Below, piece after piece: positions 7,874-18,027 of a DNA stretch of 64,000 nucleotides. Numbering within the stretch: position 1 is the first letter of the stretch; every line of letters begins with the position of its first letter. The position numbers and the translations under genes are program-made. The stretch is from an uncultured Candidatus Saccharibacteria bacterium (GTDB taxonomy: Bacteria > Patescibacteriota > Minisyncoccia > Phycocordibacterales > CAZPGN01): assembly GCA_964586635.1 (NCBI GenBank), contig CAZPGN010000003.1, positions 8,945 to 72,944 of the forward strand, written 5' to 3'. The notes beneath the pieces were generated by a model. It was not told where the DNA came from, searched no databases, and worked only from the letters and a program-made list of their open reading frames with translations.

Positions 7874-9694
7874 CTATATCGTCACATTGCCGAGACGCGA
7901 CATTTTGTAGAAATATGAATCTGTATCTCGTAGGAGCTCGTGCGGAGCTCCGCTTTCGCGGACCATACCTTTGTCAACCACATAGATACGGTCGGCATCC
8001 GTTACTGTGGAGAGACGGTGCGCGATAACTATCATAGTCATGGAACCCTTGAGCTGTCGCAAAGTTTCCCGTATTGCCCGCTCCGATTCATTGTCAAGCG
8101 AGCTCGTTGCCTCGTCCAATATTAATATGGATGGCTTGCGCACCAGCGCGCGCGCGAGTGCAATGCGCTGGCGTTCGCCTCCCGAAAGCCGAGAACCGCG
8201 TTCTCCAACGATCGTGTGAAATCCATCCGGGAGGGCTGACACGAAATCGTACACATTCGCATGTTGGGCCGCTTCCATGATTTGTTCGTCCGTTATCGCG
8301 CTGTCATAGAAGCGGATATTTTCGGCAATGCTTGCATTCTTAAGAAATACCTCTTGCGACACATATGCCGCCATCGTTCTCCATTCGCGAATACTCATAC
8401 CACTAAGATTCTTGCCGTCCAGAAGTATCGTCCCCGAAGTCGGGTCGACGAACCGGAGCATAAGGTCTGCGAGCGTAGTCTTTCCCGACCCCGAGGGTCC
8501 CAGTATGCCGATCGTTTCTCCGCGCTTAATTGCAATATGGATATCATGTATCACCTCCGCTCCGCCATGGCCGAACGAAATCTTCTCAAGCGCAATATCG
8601 CGATCGAACATGGGCGTTCCTGTGCCACTCTGCGGTTCCGCATTTGCCTGCAAGCTCTCGATAATACACTCAAGCGAACGGGCGTGAGGAAACACGCCGT
8701 TCAAGAGATTAATGGAGGTTTGCACCTTCTCAATGCGCAAGAAAATCTGCTGGGTCAAATATATGATAGGTACGAATGCGCCGAGGTCGAAGGTGAGAAA
8801 TTTGTACGATATGGCGAAAATAGCCAGCACGAAAAGTACCGTGATCGGCTCAACTGAAACCTTGATGAATGTTTTCAGGTCGAGTTTTCGCACTTCGGCG
8901 CGCTCGTTCTCGTCGAACAAGGCGGCTGTTCGTCGCAAAACGGTTTGTTCCGCTCCGAATGCCTTAATTGATTTAATGCCAATAATAACCTCGCTTATGG
9001 TTCGTGCTATTTCCTTCGAGGTCGTCACCAGCGTTTTTGAGACAACCCGCAGTTTTCTACCGACCGGACGGAGCGCGATGAGCGCAATAATCCCTACCGT
9101 GAGCGTGAGCAGAGCGATCGAAGGCGATAACGCCACTGACACAACAACATAAGTAATGAGCGTAGTAATGTGGAGTATCGCCGAGATCGCCGTATCGAGC
9201 ATCCGTGCGCTCGCCTCAACATCAGTCAATATGACATAGTCGATGTGGCCAAGTTTTTGCTTGCGTAAGAATGGAACAGATGCGCCGAGCAAATTCTTTA
9301 ACAATTTTCCGCGAGTCGAAACTTTGTACGCGCTCACGATACGCGTTTTTTTCATGCCATAGTACGCGAGTAGTATCGCCTTCCCTATAAAAAGCAGAGC
9401 AACCGCGGCAAGCAGAATTTGAAAACTTAACCGAATATCCAAAATAGAAAGCGCGCTATCAAGAAAACGGGTCGCAAAATTGTCTCCGAGGGCGCTGTCT
9501 CCATCGCCAAGGAGCGACCCGAAAAGAGGTACTACAAGACTGATGCCGAGTCCTTCAATAAAGCCCGCGAACACTCCCGTCAGCGAAAGCCCAATGAGGC
9601 GGGTGTGGTGCCCCGAATAAAGCGTCTTGAATAATTTGACTACCCTGGCGTAATAACGCAGAACATTCTTCATGGCTACATTGTGCGCCAACAA
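7874..9694 (-). CDS. ABC transporter, fused permease/ATP-binding subunit (MsbA-like exporter)
   Basis: N-terminal 6-TM domain; Walker A GPSGSGKTT; signature LSGGERQRIALARAL; Walker B ILILDEATS. Confidence 0.8.
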   Translation of the reverse strand: MLAHNVAMKNVLRYYARVVKLFKTLYSGHHTRLIGLSLTGVFAGFIEGLGISLVVPLFGSLLGDGDSALGDNFATRFLDSALSILDIRLSFQILLAAVALLFIGKAILLAYYGMKKTRIVSAYKVSTRGKLLKNLLGASVPFLRKQKLGHIDYVILTDVEASARMLDTAISAILHITTLITYVVVSVALSPSIALLTLTVGIIALIALRPVGRKLRVVSKTLVTTSKEIARTISEVIIGIKSIKAFGAEQTVLRRTAALFDENERAEVRKLDLKTFIKVSVEPITVLFVLAIFAISYKFLTFDLGAFVPIIYLTQQIFLRIEKVQTSINLLNGVFPHARSLECIIESLQANAEPQSGTGTPMFDRDIALEKISFGHGGAEVIHDIHIAIKRGETIGILGPSGSGKTTLADLMLRFVDPTSGTILLDGKNLSGMSIREWRTMAAYVSQEVFLKNASIAENIRFYDSAITDEQIMEAAQHANVYDFVSALPDGFHTIVGERGSRLSGGERQRIALARALVRKPSILILDEATSSLDNESERAIRETLRQLKGSMTMIVIAHRLSTVTDADRIYVVDKGMVRESGAPHELLRDTDSYFYKMSRLGNVTI

Positions 9695-9715
9695 TCCCCT
9701 ATAACTATATGATTG

Positions 9716-10810
9716 TCAAGTAAGTCGCGCTTCTAGAAAATCGAGTTTTGCGATATTGTCAATCTCCCCCGCGTGAGACAGTTCATCGCGCCTAATTGAA
9801 ATGAGTGCATCAATACTTTTTCTATCGTGTCGCGCCATCTTTTTTAGCACGAACAGTGCCTCGCCAAGCTCGCGATAGTTCCCAGAGGACAACCATGTTG
9901 CGAGCAATTTCCCGGCATCGGCATCTAGCGACACAAGCGGATATAATAAGTACTTTAGAAAACGTGCCCACTCATGTGCCGCTTTCCGCTTATACTGCCA
10001 TGCGCGCTTCAGCCACGGAACAAGGATGAGACGCTTGCGCCAGAACGGGATTGCCGCCGAAGTCATCAACCACCACGGTATTTTAAACACATAACGATTG
10101 ACCGCAAACGGATCAAGGATACCAATGGTATATGGGTTCGTGGGGTGGCGGACGGTATATGGACGCGCATCTTGAAGTTGAGTGTGCAGTATCTCCGGAA
10201 GCGAGTAGCAACGAGTCGCAAGAGCTATCTCGCCGAGCGTAAGATTTAGGCCGTTCAATCCCGATGGAGTCTTGCGACGAAAAATCTTGTTGAGAAGTTC
10301 GCGCCGATACAGGCCGAAAAAGAATATGGGCACAATACGGCCGCGCAGATATCTTGTATAAAGTTCCTGATGGCTAAGGCGCGTAAAATCGTGCGTCATG
10401 GTCTCTGTGCGGTCAGCTCCATCATAAATTGTTTTTTTGTAATAATGGGACATGGCGACACCATATTCAGGATTCTTTTCCAAAACGCACACGAGCTTTT
10501 CGACAAATGTCTTGTCCCACAAGTCGTCATCCGAGGCCCACATGAAATACGCTCCGTGCGCACGCCGCAGAACAAACTCATGATTCTCCATGCCGTTTAT
10601 GTCCCTTTTCTGCCGAGTATACGCTATACGTTCGTCGCGCGCGGCAAACCTTTGTACAACCTGTTCCGTGTCGTCTGTGGAAGCATTGTCCGAAATGATC
10701 AATTCGATGTTTCGGTATGTCTGTCCAGTGAGCGAAATGAGCGCATTTTTCAGAAGATGCGCCCTATTCCTCGTTGGCAAGCCAATTGAAACAAGGGGTC
10801 CTCGTATCAT
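9716..10810 (-). CDS. Glycosyltransferase family 2 (GT-A fold)
   Basis: VSIGLPTRNRAHLL...IELIISDNASTDDT N-terminal GT2 signature. Confidence 0.7.
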   Translation of the reverse strand: MIRGPLVSIGLPTRNRAHLLKNALISLTGQTYRNIELIISDNASTDDTEQVVQRFAARDERIAYTRQKRDINGMENHEFVLRRAHGAYFMWASDDDLWDKTFVEKLVCVLEKNPEYGVAMSHYYKKTIYDGADRTETMTHDFTRLSHQELYTRYLRGRIVPIFFFGLYRRELLNKIFRRKTPSGLNGLNLTLGEIALATRCYSLPEILHTQLQDARPYTVRHPTNPYTIGILDPFAVNRYVFKIPWWLMTSAAIPFWRKRLILVPWLKRAWQYKRKAAHEWARFLKYLLYPLVSLDADAGKLLATWLSSGNYRELGEALFVLKKMARHDRKSIDALISIRRDELSHAGEIDNIAKLDFLEARLT

Positions 10811-11691
10811 AGAAAACGCACAACCTCCGCGGCGCGCACGGTGGAATCAAGCTGTTCTATTGCCGAACAGCCGGGTACTACAACACCGATAGCGGGGTCT
10901 CGCACGCACCATGCAATCGCCCATTCCGCAGAATCAACACCCGCCGGCACTTCCGCTCTAATTATTCCGCGCGCTCGCTGGAGCAACTCCGCATCGTAGT
11001 CTTTCGCCGGCTTGAACCTTGTCGAAAGGTACCCTTTCGCAAGTGGAGCCCTTGCAATAAGCCCAAGATTGGAAACCCGAGCCAAGGGTATGACACTCTC
11101 TTCGGCCTCATTGTGCAAACGGCTATAAGCAACTTGTGCTGTCTCCACGCCAAATACTTCGATAGCGAGCTTAAGTATTTCGACAGCGCCTTCAATGAGT
11201 TCATTATCTCCAAGAGAGATGCCCGCTGCGCGTATTTTGCCCGCCGCGCGCGCGGCGGCAAGTGCGCGACATATTCCATTTCTGTTTTCTAAAAAATCAG
11301 CACTGTCGCGAGAATCAAACAGGTGCGCCTGAAAAATATCGATGTAGTCCGTTCGAAGCGCCGCAAGAGACGCATCGAGCGATGCCATGATCGATGCAAA
11401 CGACCAGTCGGCAACACGATCTTCAATATTTCCGATGTGTCCGAATTTGGTCGCGACAACAAACCGTTCTCGCTTGCCTTGAAGCGCGCCTCCAATGAGC
11501 CGCTCCGATGCGTGGTTCCGGTAACACTCTCCGGTGTCGACAAAATTAAATCCCAATTCTTCCGCGCGTCCTATGTATCGACCGATGTCGTCTTGAGAAA
11601 ATGTCTTGCCACCCATGCCACTCCATTGATGGGTCTCGATCCCTACGACCGAAACGCGAAGGCCTGTTTTTCCGAGTGTTCTGTATTCCAT
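10807..11691 (-). CDS. Aldo/keto reductase family oxidoreductase
   Basis: MEYRTLGKTGLRVSVVGIETHQW...FVDTGECYRNHASERLIG AKR signature. Confidence 0.7.
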   Translation of the reverse strand: MEYRTLGKTGLRVSVVGIETHQWSGMGGKTFSQDDIGRYIGRAEELGFNFVDTGECYRNHASERLIGGALQGKRERFVVATKFGHIGNIEDRVADWSFASIMASLDASLAALRTDYIDIFQAHLFDSRDSADFLENRNGICRALAAARAAGKIRAAGISLGDNELIEGAVEILKLAIEVFGVETAQVAYSRLHNEAEESVIPLARVSNLGLIARAPLAKGYLSTRFKPAKDYDAELLQRARGIIRAEVPAGVDSAEWAIAWCVRDPAIGVVVPGCSAIEQLDSTVRAAEVVRFL

Positions 11692-11702
11692 ACGAAGCGC
11701 TA

Positions 11703-12785
11703 CTATCGCCGACTCCAGCGAAGGTCACTGGTAATGCGCCCCTCGTGAAGATGTCGCTCAAGCGTTTGCAGGCGATAGAATTTCGGGTCCTTAAATAGCT
11801 CCTTCGTTAGCCCCATTGTTCGCAAACCATCCGCCATTTCTCGAACTCCTTCCTCTATCGAACGTTTGCAAGAAAATGAGGAAAAGCGCTCTCGTATTCT
11901 ATCAAATGACACACGGTAGCTGCGCGTATCCTTTCCGTCTTTTACTGCCGCACTCGCGATGAGTTTGTCATCCGCACCACTGTCGAACGCGCGCACAAAT
12001 TCAATCGGACATGTCCCGACAACAGAAGCCACCTGCTCCGCGATGCGGATCACGGGCAGATTGCTCGAATCATCCCCAACATTAAGGATAAGAAGTCGCC
12101 CGCCATCCCAATCAGATTCGAGAGCCGCCTGAACCGCTTCCGCAACATCCAAAATATGCACATTGGGGCGCCACGACGAACCATCAGAATTTAGCCTAAT
12201 GCGTCCCGTCGTAAGAGCCATGCCGACGAACATATTTATCACAATGTCAAAACGGATGCGAGGAGAAAGCCCAAACACCGTTGCGAATCGAAGCGCGATC
12301 GGCGAGAAATTCTCATCTGCCAGACTTTTCAGGTCTTCCTCGACCTCGAGCTTGTTCCTCGAATATGCGGTCTCCGGATTGGTTGCGGATTCTTCGTTCG
12401 ATGCCATGCGCGGGTCGCTCTTGCCATATACGGAACAGCTTGAGGCGAACACGAACCGCACTTTATGTTCCTTGCACATTTCCGCAATCTTCTTCGCGTA
12501 CGCGCGAGTTGGGTCATATATTAAAGCGGCGTCCAGATTCCCGAATGGGTCATTTGAAATGCCCGCGAAATGCACCACGGCGTCAATAGCGTCAAGATCC
12601 CCTGCTGTAACATCGCGGGCGTCTTTGTATACTGTGGGTATTTCTGTTGTCGGCGGATAGAGGAGCGAATCTTTGAAATATCCAGTATCGAGCACCGTCA
12701 CGGCAAAACCATTCTCAATGAGGTATGGAGCCACAACGCTACCAAGATATCCGAGACCTCCGGTTATGAGGACATGTTTAGACAT
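11703..12785 (-). CDS. NAD-dependent nucleotide-sugar epimerase/dehydratase (extended SDR)
   Basis: VLITGGLGYLGSVV Rossmann motif. Paralog of 21752–22807, with a shared C-terminal ...RL..L.EGR...DLRW motif. Confidence 0.7.
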   Translation of the reverse strand: MSKHVLITGGLGYLGSVVAPYLIENGFAVTVLDTGYFKDSLLYPPTTEIPTVYKDARDVTAGDLDAIDAVVHFAGISNDPFGNLDAALIYDPTRAYAKKIAEMCKEHKVRFVFASSCSVYGKSDPRMASNEESATNPETAYSRNKLEVEEDLKSLADENFSPIALRFATVFGLSPRIRFDIVINMFVGMALTTGRIRLNSDGSSWRPNVHILDVAEAVQAALESDWDGGRLLILNVGDDSSNLPVIRIAEQVASVVGTCPIEFVRAFDSGADDKLIASAAVKDGKDTRSYRVSFDRIRERFSSFSCKRSIEEGVREMADGLRTMGLTKELFKDPKFYRLQTLERHLHEGRITSDLRWSRR

Positions 12786-13914
12786 ATTGCTCTTGTTCTA
12801 TTCGAATACTCTTTAGCGTATCGGCCTGACCATCAAGACTGTATGCGCGAAGTACCCGCTCGACGGGAGAATCGGTGGCCTTCCCAATCTCCGGAGGCCT
12901 AGTAACGCGAGCGCCCTTCGTTTTTGCCGATATCGGAGGAACAAACGCATTTTCAGAAAAACGGCCAATGCTCTCTTCCGGAGAATATCTATCAGCAAAG
13001 GTCTGTGGATACTTTTTAGGGAGGGAATCTGCAGCTTGCTTAAATTCTATCAGAAATGTTCCGTACTCGCGAGACCCTGTCAGCCTGCCAACCCGTTGAA
13101 GACAAGCGAGCGCATATTCAAAGTGCTCGAACACGATGGCAATAAATGCAAGCTTTTCGAACATGGCGTCTTTCTTTTTTGGATCGCGAAACTTTTCGAT
13201 ACTTTCGATGCGGCGAAGAAATAGTCCGTCCGACGCATTTTGGAAACCCCTGCCCCGTAGGCCAAGCGGCGCCCGCAACGGCGCATATTCAAGAATATAT
13301 TTTGTAAATCGCGCGAACACAAACCCCTTACGGTCTACATATCGCGCAACGTCCCCAAAAAGTTTCTGTCCGCGATAGAGTGCGTGGAATTCAACTTCCG
13401 CAATGATAGCAAGCACGCTGTCCCGCAGAGCGCGGGAAGCTCCAATCAGAATATCATACTCTGTGCCCTGCGTATCGAGCGTCAATATATCGGGAGGAGG
13501 AAGATCCCGTTCTCGCTTGAGAATCGTATCAAGGGTACACACGCGCACGCGCCGCCGTTCTATCGGAGCAAATGTCTCGCCAACAATGTAATCGTAATTG
13601 TTTACTCCGTCGGAATATCTCCCCGAATGATAGCTCCAGCTCTTGTACTTTGGATCAAAGCGGCGGAGCGAGCTCGTGAAGGGGTCCATATTGATGTAGA
13701 AATTTGCGCTCTGTCTGTCCCGTCCGCCAACGCAATACGGCAAGACATGCAACTCCGACTCGAGCCCCTCGTTCGCGCGCTTTATCTGGGGTATGCAATC
13801 CAGATCGGCATCGTACAGAACATTCACAAAATCTTTTTCGAACTTCTCAAGCACAGGAAATGGCCTGTTTCCGAACCGACCTCCAACATGGTGAGATACG
13901 ATACGATTATCCAT
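12778..13914 (-). CDS. FkbM-family methyltransferase
   Basis: ILTLDTQGTEYDILIGASRAL resembles the FkbM ...K.DvEG.E..vL.G motif. I chose the start at MDNRIVSHHVGG (ATG 13912–13914, overlapping the upstream stop as TAATG). The ORF-track start at 14052 reads through the upstream gene in another frame and is probably not real. Confidence 0.45.
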   Translation of the reverse strand: MDNRIVSHHVGGRFGNRPFPVLEKFEKDFVNVLYDADLDCIPQIKRANEGLESELHVLPYCVGGRDRQSANFYINMDPFTSSLRRFDPKYKSWSYHSGRYSDGVNNYDYIVGETFAPIERRRVRVCTLDTILKRERDLPPPDILTLDTQGTEYDILIGASRALRDSVLAIIAEVEFHALYRGQKLFGDVARYVDRKGFVFARFTKYILEYAPLRAPLGLRGRGFQNASDGLFLRRIESIEKFRDPKKKDAMFEKLAFIAIVFEHFEYALACLQRVGRLTGSREYGTFLIEFKQAADSLPKKYPQTFADRYSPEESIGRFSENAFVPPISAKTKGARVTRPPEIGKATDSPVERVLRAYSLDGQADTLKSIRIEQEQYV

Positions 13915-14660
13915 TATCGAATCCGTTTCAGATACCCACCCGGTGTGTCGCTTATCAAAAGCTGTGAATCTATATCGATGTCGATAGCGAAATTTTTGTC
14001 GTGCTCGAGGAACTTTGTTATTGCGGTCGCTGGATTGTTCTCCTGACTCCACGGCCTATTGGCATGGGCCTTCGGGTATGTGTTAATGGGAAGTTTCTTG
14101 AGCACCGTATCGCCAACGAGCAAATAGCTGTTCTTTGTAACAAGCGTAGAGTAGAGCATGAGCTCTTTGTATACATGGTCTCCTGTGTGAAGCGAATCGA
14201 GCGAGACCAAAACGGGTTGGCTTGAACCAACCGCAACCCTAACTTTTTCGTATATTTTCTTGTCGACCGACGAGCCTTCGATGAGTTCAATGCCGCCGCC
14301 AAAGCGATGCTCCTCGATCGTTTTGCGATTATGGGCGCGCACATCTATGTCGACCCCAATGACCTTTCCGCCCCCAATCAAATGCAACATCGAAGCATAA
14401 AAGATTGACGAGCCGCCACGCGCCACGCCAATATCGACTATCACTTTCGGACGCACCCGCCAGATGATTTCTTGGGTTGCGATAATATCTTCGGGATGAT
14501 GAAAAATTGGCGCGCCAAGCCAGCTAAAATTGTAGGTGTATTGCGCCTGCGCCGCACCGACAAGGAACGCATCGGCGAGTTCGGCCAGCTTTTTACTCTT
14601 GCCTTGAACGCGGATTCGTTTTATTTTCTCTCGTTCAAATTGTTTCCTATCATCTTTCAT
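13914..14660 (-). CDS. CmcI/cephalosporin-hydroxylase-family (rhamnosyl O-methyltransferase-like) SAM-dependent methyltransferase
   Basis: PKVIVDIGVARGGSSIFYASML...VIGVDIDV class I methyltransferase core in a CmcI-like context. Confidence 0.5.
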   Translation of the reverse strand: MKDDRKQFEREKIKRIRVQGKSKKLAELADAFLVGAAQAQYTYNFSWLGAPIFHHPEDIIATQEIIWRVRPKVIVDIGVARGGSSIFYASMLHLIGGGKVIGVDIDVRAHNRKTIEEHRFGGGIELIEGSSVDKKIYEKVRVAVGSSQPVLVSLDSLHTGDHVYKELMLYSTLVTKNSYLLVGDTVLKKLPINTYPKAHANRPWSQENNPATAITKFLEHDKNFAIDIDIDSQLLISDTPGGYLKRIR

Positions 14661-14669
14661 GGTCGCCCA

Positions 14670-15530
14670 TTATATCGTCTGCGCCAAAAAACCGCCATCC
14701 ACCGGAATATCAATTCCAGTAATGAAGCCGCTCGCTTTATGACTTGCTAGAAACACGACAGCGCCTATCAATTCTTCTGGTTCCCCAAAACGCCCCATCG
14801 GCGTGTGCCTGAATATCGCATCGGCGCGCGGACCCGGCGTGCCGCCCTCGTCAATAAGCATGCGCCGATTCTGTTCGGCTGGGATAAAGCCGGGAGTTAT
14901 CGTGTTCACGCGGACTCCTCGCGATGCCCATTCGCGTGCAAGATAGCGGCTCATGTTGATGATGACTGCTTTCGATGCCGAATACGCAACCATGCGCGGC
15001 AGGGGGATATGTCCCGAAAGGCTCGCCAAATTAATGATGCTCCCCTTCCCGCGCGCACACATGGCAGGCCCAAACTCCTGCAGTGGCAGGAGCGCCCCTG
15101 CTCCAACATTCATTTTGAAATGCCGTTCCCAATCATCATACCGTATCGATTCGAATGGATGCTCCTTTGTGGCGTTGACACTCGGGTCGTTCCCGCCTGC
15201 CGCATTCACCAGCACGGTTGGCGCACCGAGTTCCTGTGCGACTCTCTCGTGCGCTCGCCGCAGACTTGCGGGATCGGCCGCATCCACCTCAAAAAACGCC
15301 GCGGCGCCTCCCCGCTTCAAAATTGTCTCTGCGCAGGCCTCTCCGTGTTCAACATTGCGGCCGAGCACGGCAACAACCGCGCCGGATGCGCCTAGTCCAC
15401 GCGCAATAGCGCCGCCGAGCAGGCCTGTCGCGCCGATTACAACCGCTATTTCGCCGTGTAGGTCAAATAAGTCATTCATAGAAGGCCGAGGCGTGTGCGA
15501 AGCCTCGAATACTTGTCGTGTTCGGAACAC
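14670..15530 (-). CDS. Short-chain dehydrogenase/reductase (SDR) family oxidoreductase
   Basis: GEIAVVIGATGLLGGAIARGL; NAAG; YSASKAV. The start is probably at MNDLFDL (~15479). Confidence 0.75.
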   Translation of the reverse strand: MFRTRQVFEASHTPRPSMNDLFDLHGEIAVVIGATGLLGGAIARGLGASGAVVAVLGRNVEHGEACAETILKRGGAAAFFEVDAADPASLRRAHERVAQELGAPTVLVNAAGGNDPSVNATKEHPFESIRYDDWERHFKMNVGAGALLPLQEFGPAMCARGKGSIINLASLSGHIPLPRMVAYSASKAVIINMSRYLAREWASRGVRVNTITPGFIPAEQNRRMLIDEGGTPGPRADAIFRHTPMGRFGEPEELIGAVVFLASHKASGFITGIDIPVDGGFLAQTI

Positions 15531-16048
15531 CAGTGGATCCGAAGCTCTCCCCTGTGGCTCAAGGTAGTCGGCACGCGGCCATCAATATACCGCGACCCCA
15601 AACACGCCGTGATATCTTTATTGTCGAGAAGCCTGCCAGTTTCCTTAAAATGCGCCAGATTGAACAGGAGATGCTCGAGCAATGTAATACATGTGCCATC
15701 TGCCTGTTCAAAGGGAACTTGGGACTCCTCGCTCTCGCTAACTAACATGACATAGGTGGAATCGGGCCTCCGTTCGTGTAAAACAACATCGCTGTCTAGA
15801 TTTCGATATGTTCGACTCACTGGGAAATGCTTTTTGCACGCGGCATATACTTGATCGGGCGTGACATCGCGTGCGACCACGATACTGCTCGAAAAGTGGC
15901 CATGTCGCAGGGGACAACGCAGGGCGCGCGTGTCTATCTGAAGAGCGAATTCTTCTTCGTAAAGCCGTTCCCATTTCGACAGCTCGTCCATGTTCTTTTG
16001 GGTAATTTGTTTTTGTATTTTGAGACTTATCTTGGTATGGTATAGCAA
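15476..16048 (-). CDS. Hypothetical protein (no recognisable domain)
   Basis: 190-aa ORF in operonic position upstream of the SDR gene. The start is likely the internal M (MDELSKWERLY, ~15991), which would leave a divergent promoter region. Confidence 0.35.
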   Translation of the reverse strand: MLYHTKISLKIQKQITQKNMDELSKWERLYEEEFALQIDTRALRCPLRHGHFSSSIVVARDVTPDQVYAACKKHFPVSRTYRNLDSDVVLHERRPDSTYVMLVSESEESQVPFEQADGTCITLLEHLLFNLAHFKETGRLLDNKDITACLGSRYIDGRVPTTLSHRGELRIHWCSEHDKYSRLRTRLGLL

Positions 16049-16059
16049 CGAATAGCTTC

Positions 16060-17079
16060 ATGCAACGAGACACTGACGCGCACGCGGCCACCAATTCGAA
16101 TATGCAAAAGAGCGAAAGCGAGATTACTATTTGCTCTGCGTACAGCTCAAACGACACAAAAAAAGAGTTGGAGATAAACCACGCATTCGTACAAAAAATG
16201 AATCCGGGAGTTCGTCTCCGTTGGTTAGTCGCCGAAGCATCCGATATCGGAGAAACTGAACAGATAGATCCAAAAAAGTTTTTGGTTTACGAAGGCTTGC
16301 GCACGCGCGATATCGAAAAGAATATCGGCTGGCGAAGCGTTCAGCACGCAGGATCGCTGAATAAACTGTTCCCGCATGTCAGGACCCGCTTTCTTCTCAT
16401 TTTAGATCCCGATTTCTATGTTGTCCGTCCACATTGGATACGCGAAGTCGTTCAACATATGAGCACGAATGGTCTTGCTTTCTTCGGAAGTCCCTGGCAT
16501 CCGCGCGACTACGCGAAGCCGCGCTACTTTCTCTCTACGCACTTTTTTTGCATCGACCTTTTGCGCGTGCCCGTATCGGAGATTAACTTTCTGCCCGGCA
16601 ATATCAAGGAGTTGCCGGTGAACAAAAAAATACCGGCGCTCGCGCGCGCTCTCATTACTGACCGACAATATATCGGTAAATCACGAGACAGCGGTTTTCG
16701 GATGTATCAGAAATTTTTCAATAGAACGGACACTCGCCGCGACTCGTTCAAGCCGGTATTCCGACCATGGAAGGACTGGGATCCCCTGAAGAATATTCTC
16801 TGGATGCCGAACGCGCTCATCGAATTCTTTCTTCCCGAGCGATTATGCTTTCTTCCCAAGCGGCGCAGTGAATACTCACGCAAGTCATTCAATGAGTATG
16901 GGGCGCGCGGCGTCGCCGATGATAAATTTGAAGAATATGTTTGGAAAGACGCTCCATTTGCCATCCATCTACGCGGCACCAAAGCTGGCTACTATGGCTC
17001 TGGCGGCAACAACAAATTTACAAAGGATATCGAGTACATCCGTTCGATACTGGATACATACATGACGGATCGAGTTTGA
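16060..17079 (+). CDS. Hypothetical protein, possible GT-A-like glycosyltransferase (LILDPDF DxD-like motif)
   Basis: 339-aa ORF. The start is probably the internal M (MNPGVRLRW, ~16198). FLLILDPDFYVV resembles a nucleotide-sugar-binding DxD motif. No confident family assignment. Confidence 0.4.
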   Translation: MQRDTDAHAATNSNMQKSESEITICSAYSSNDTKKELEINHAFVQKMNPGVRLRWLVAEASDIGETEQIDPKKFLVYEGLRTRDIEKNIGWRSVQHAGSLNKLFPHVRTRFLLILDPDFYVVRPHWIREVVQHMSTNGLAFFGSPWHPRDYAKPRYFLSTHFFCIDLLRVPVSEINFLPGNIKELPVNKKIPALARALITDRQYIGKSRDSGFRMYQKFFNRTDTRRDSFKPVFRPWKDWDPLKNILWMPNALIEFFLPERLCFLPKRRSEYSRKSFNEYGARGVADDKFEEYVWKDAPFAIHLRGTKAGYYGSGGNNKFTKDIEYIRSILDTYMTDRV

Positions 17080-17121
17080 CGAATGCGGCCGCTCAAGTAG
17101 ACTGCACTCGGAGGTGGAATT

Positions 17122-18027
17122 GTGATCATTCCGCGAAAGGTGAGCATTGAGACCATTTTTGGGTGCAATTTGAGTTGCACAATGTGTGACATTGACGCCC
17201 CAACCACCCGCAAGAAGAGCGTCATGGAAATGGAGCTCTTCGAAAAGATCCTACGCGATCTTGCGCCGTATCGCGAGACAATCGAAGTACTTGACCTCTT
17301 CGGGCTCGGGGAACCGTTGCTCGATCCGAAGATCTGTGGGCGAATCCGCCTAGCGAAGGAAGCCGGGTTTAAGAATGTCGGCATTTCCACAAACGCAGAC
17401 ATACTGAATGATTATCGACGCCTGCGCTTGTTGCGGTCTGGCGTCGACACAGTCATCATCTCGATCGATGGCGCCACAAAGGAGACGCACGAAGCGATAC
17501 GCCGCGGCTCGCGATTCGATCGGACGGTATCTAATACGATTGCGCTCATTGATGCGCGCTCGCAGATGGGTCTTGCAATGAAAATCATCGTGCGATTCAT
17601 CCGCCAGGATTTGAATCGGGACGAGTGGCCCGCATTCAAAAAATTCTGGGACAAGTATATCGATCGAACGCGGAAGGACACGATCGGTGTATATGATGTC
17701 CACGCACAAGGCCCCGCGATCAGCAAGAAAGATGCCCTCAAGGCTTCTGACAATGAAATGGATGAGAAGCTCGAACTAGAATCGTGTCCACTCATCCAAT
17801 CAACGCTCTACATTCTTGCTGATGGATGCGTCGTGCCTTGCAGTCAGGATTGGCTGTGCGGACGACACACATTCGGCACTACCAAGGAGGAATCGGCCAT
17901 AGATATCTTTAATTCCCCAAAGTTCAGCGAGTTCCGCGAAATACACAATACGGGGCTCAAAAATACCATCGCGATGTGCGCGGGTTGCACGATCGCCTAC
18001 AGCGACGCGCGCAAAGAATATGCATAA
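17122..18027 (+). CDS. Radical SAM enzyme with C-terminal SPASM/twitch domain
   Basis: CNLSCTMC (CxxxCxxC) near the N-terminus. C-terminal C-x12-G-x4-C ... CAGC cysteine pattern. GTG start preceded by GGAGGTG. Confidence 0.75.
   Translation: MIIPRKVSIETIFGCNLSCTMCDIDAPTTRKKSVMEMELFEKILRDLAPYRETIEVLDLFGLGEPLLDPKICGRIRLAKEAGFKNVGISTNADILNDYRRLRLLRSGVDTVIISIDGATKETHEAIRRGSRFDRTVSNTIALIDARSQMGLAMKIIVRFIRQDLNRDEWPAFKKFWDKYIDRTRKDTIGVYDVHAQGPAISKKDALKASDNEMDEKLELESCPLIQSTLYILADGCVVPCSQDWLCGRHTFGTTKEESAIDIFNSPKFSEFREIHNTGLKNTIAMCAGCTIAYSDARKEYA

Noticed and set aside
12778-14052. ORF-track start of the FkbM methyltransferase at 14052, giving a 424-aa protein
   Set aside because: The first ~46 codons overlap the upstream CmcI-like gene in a different frame and are R/K-rich junk. 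The start at 13914 gives a canonical N-terminus and ATGA-type coupling.
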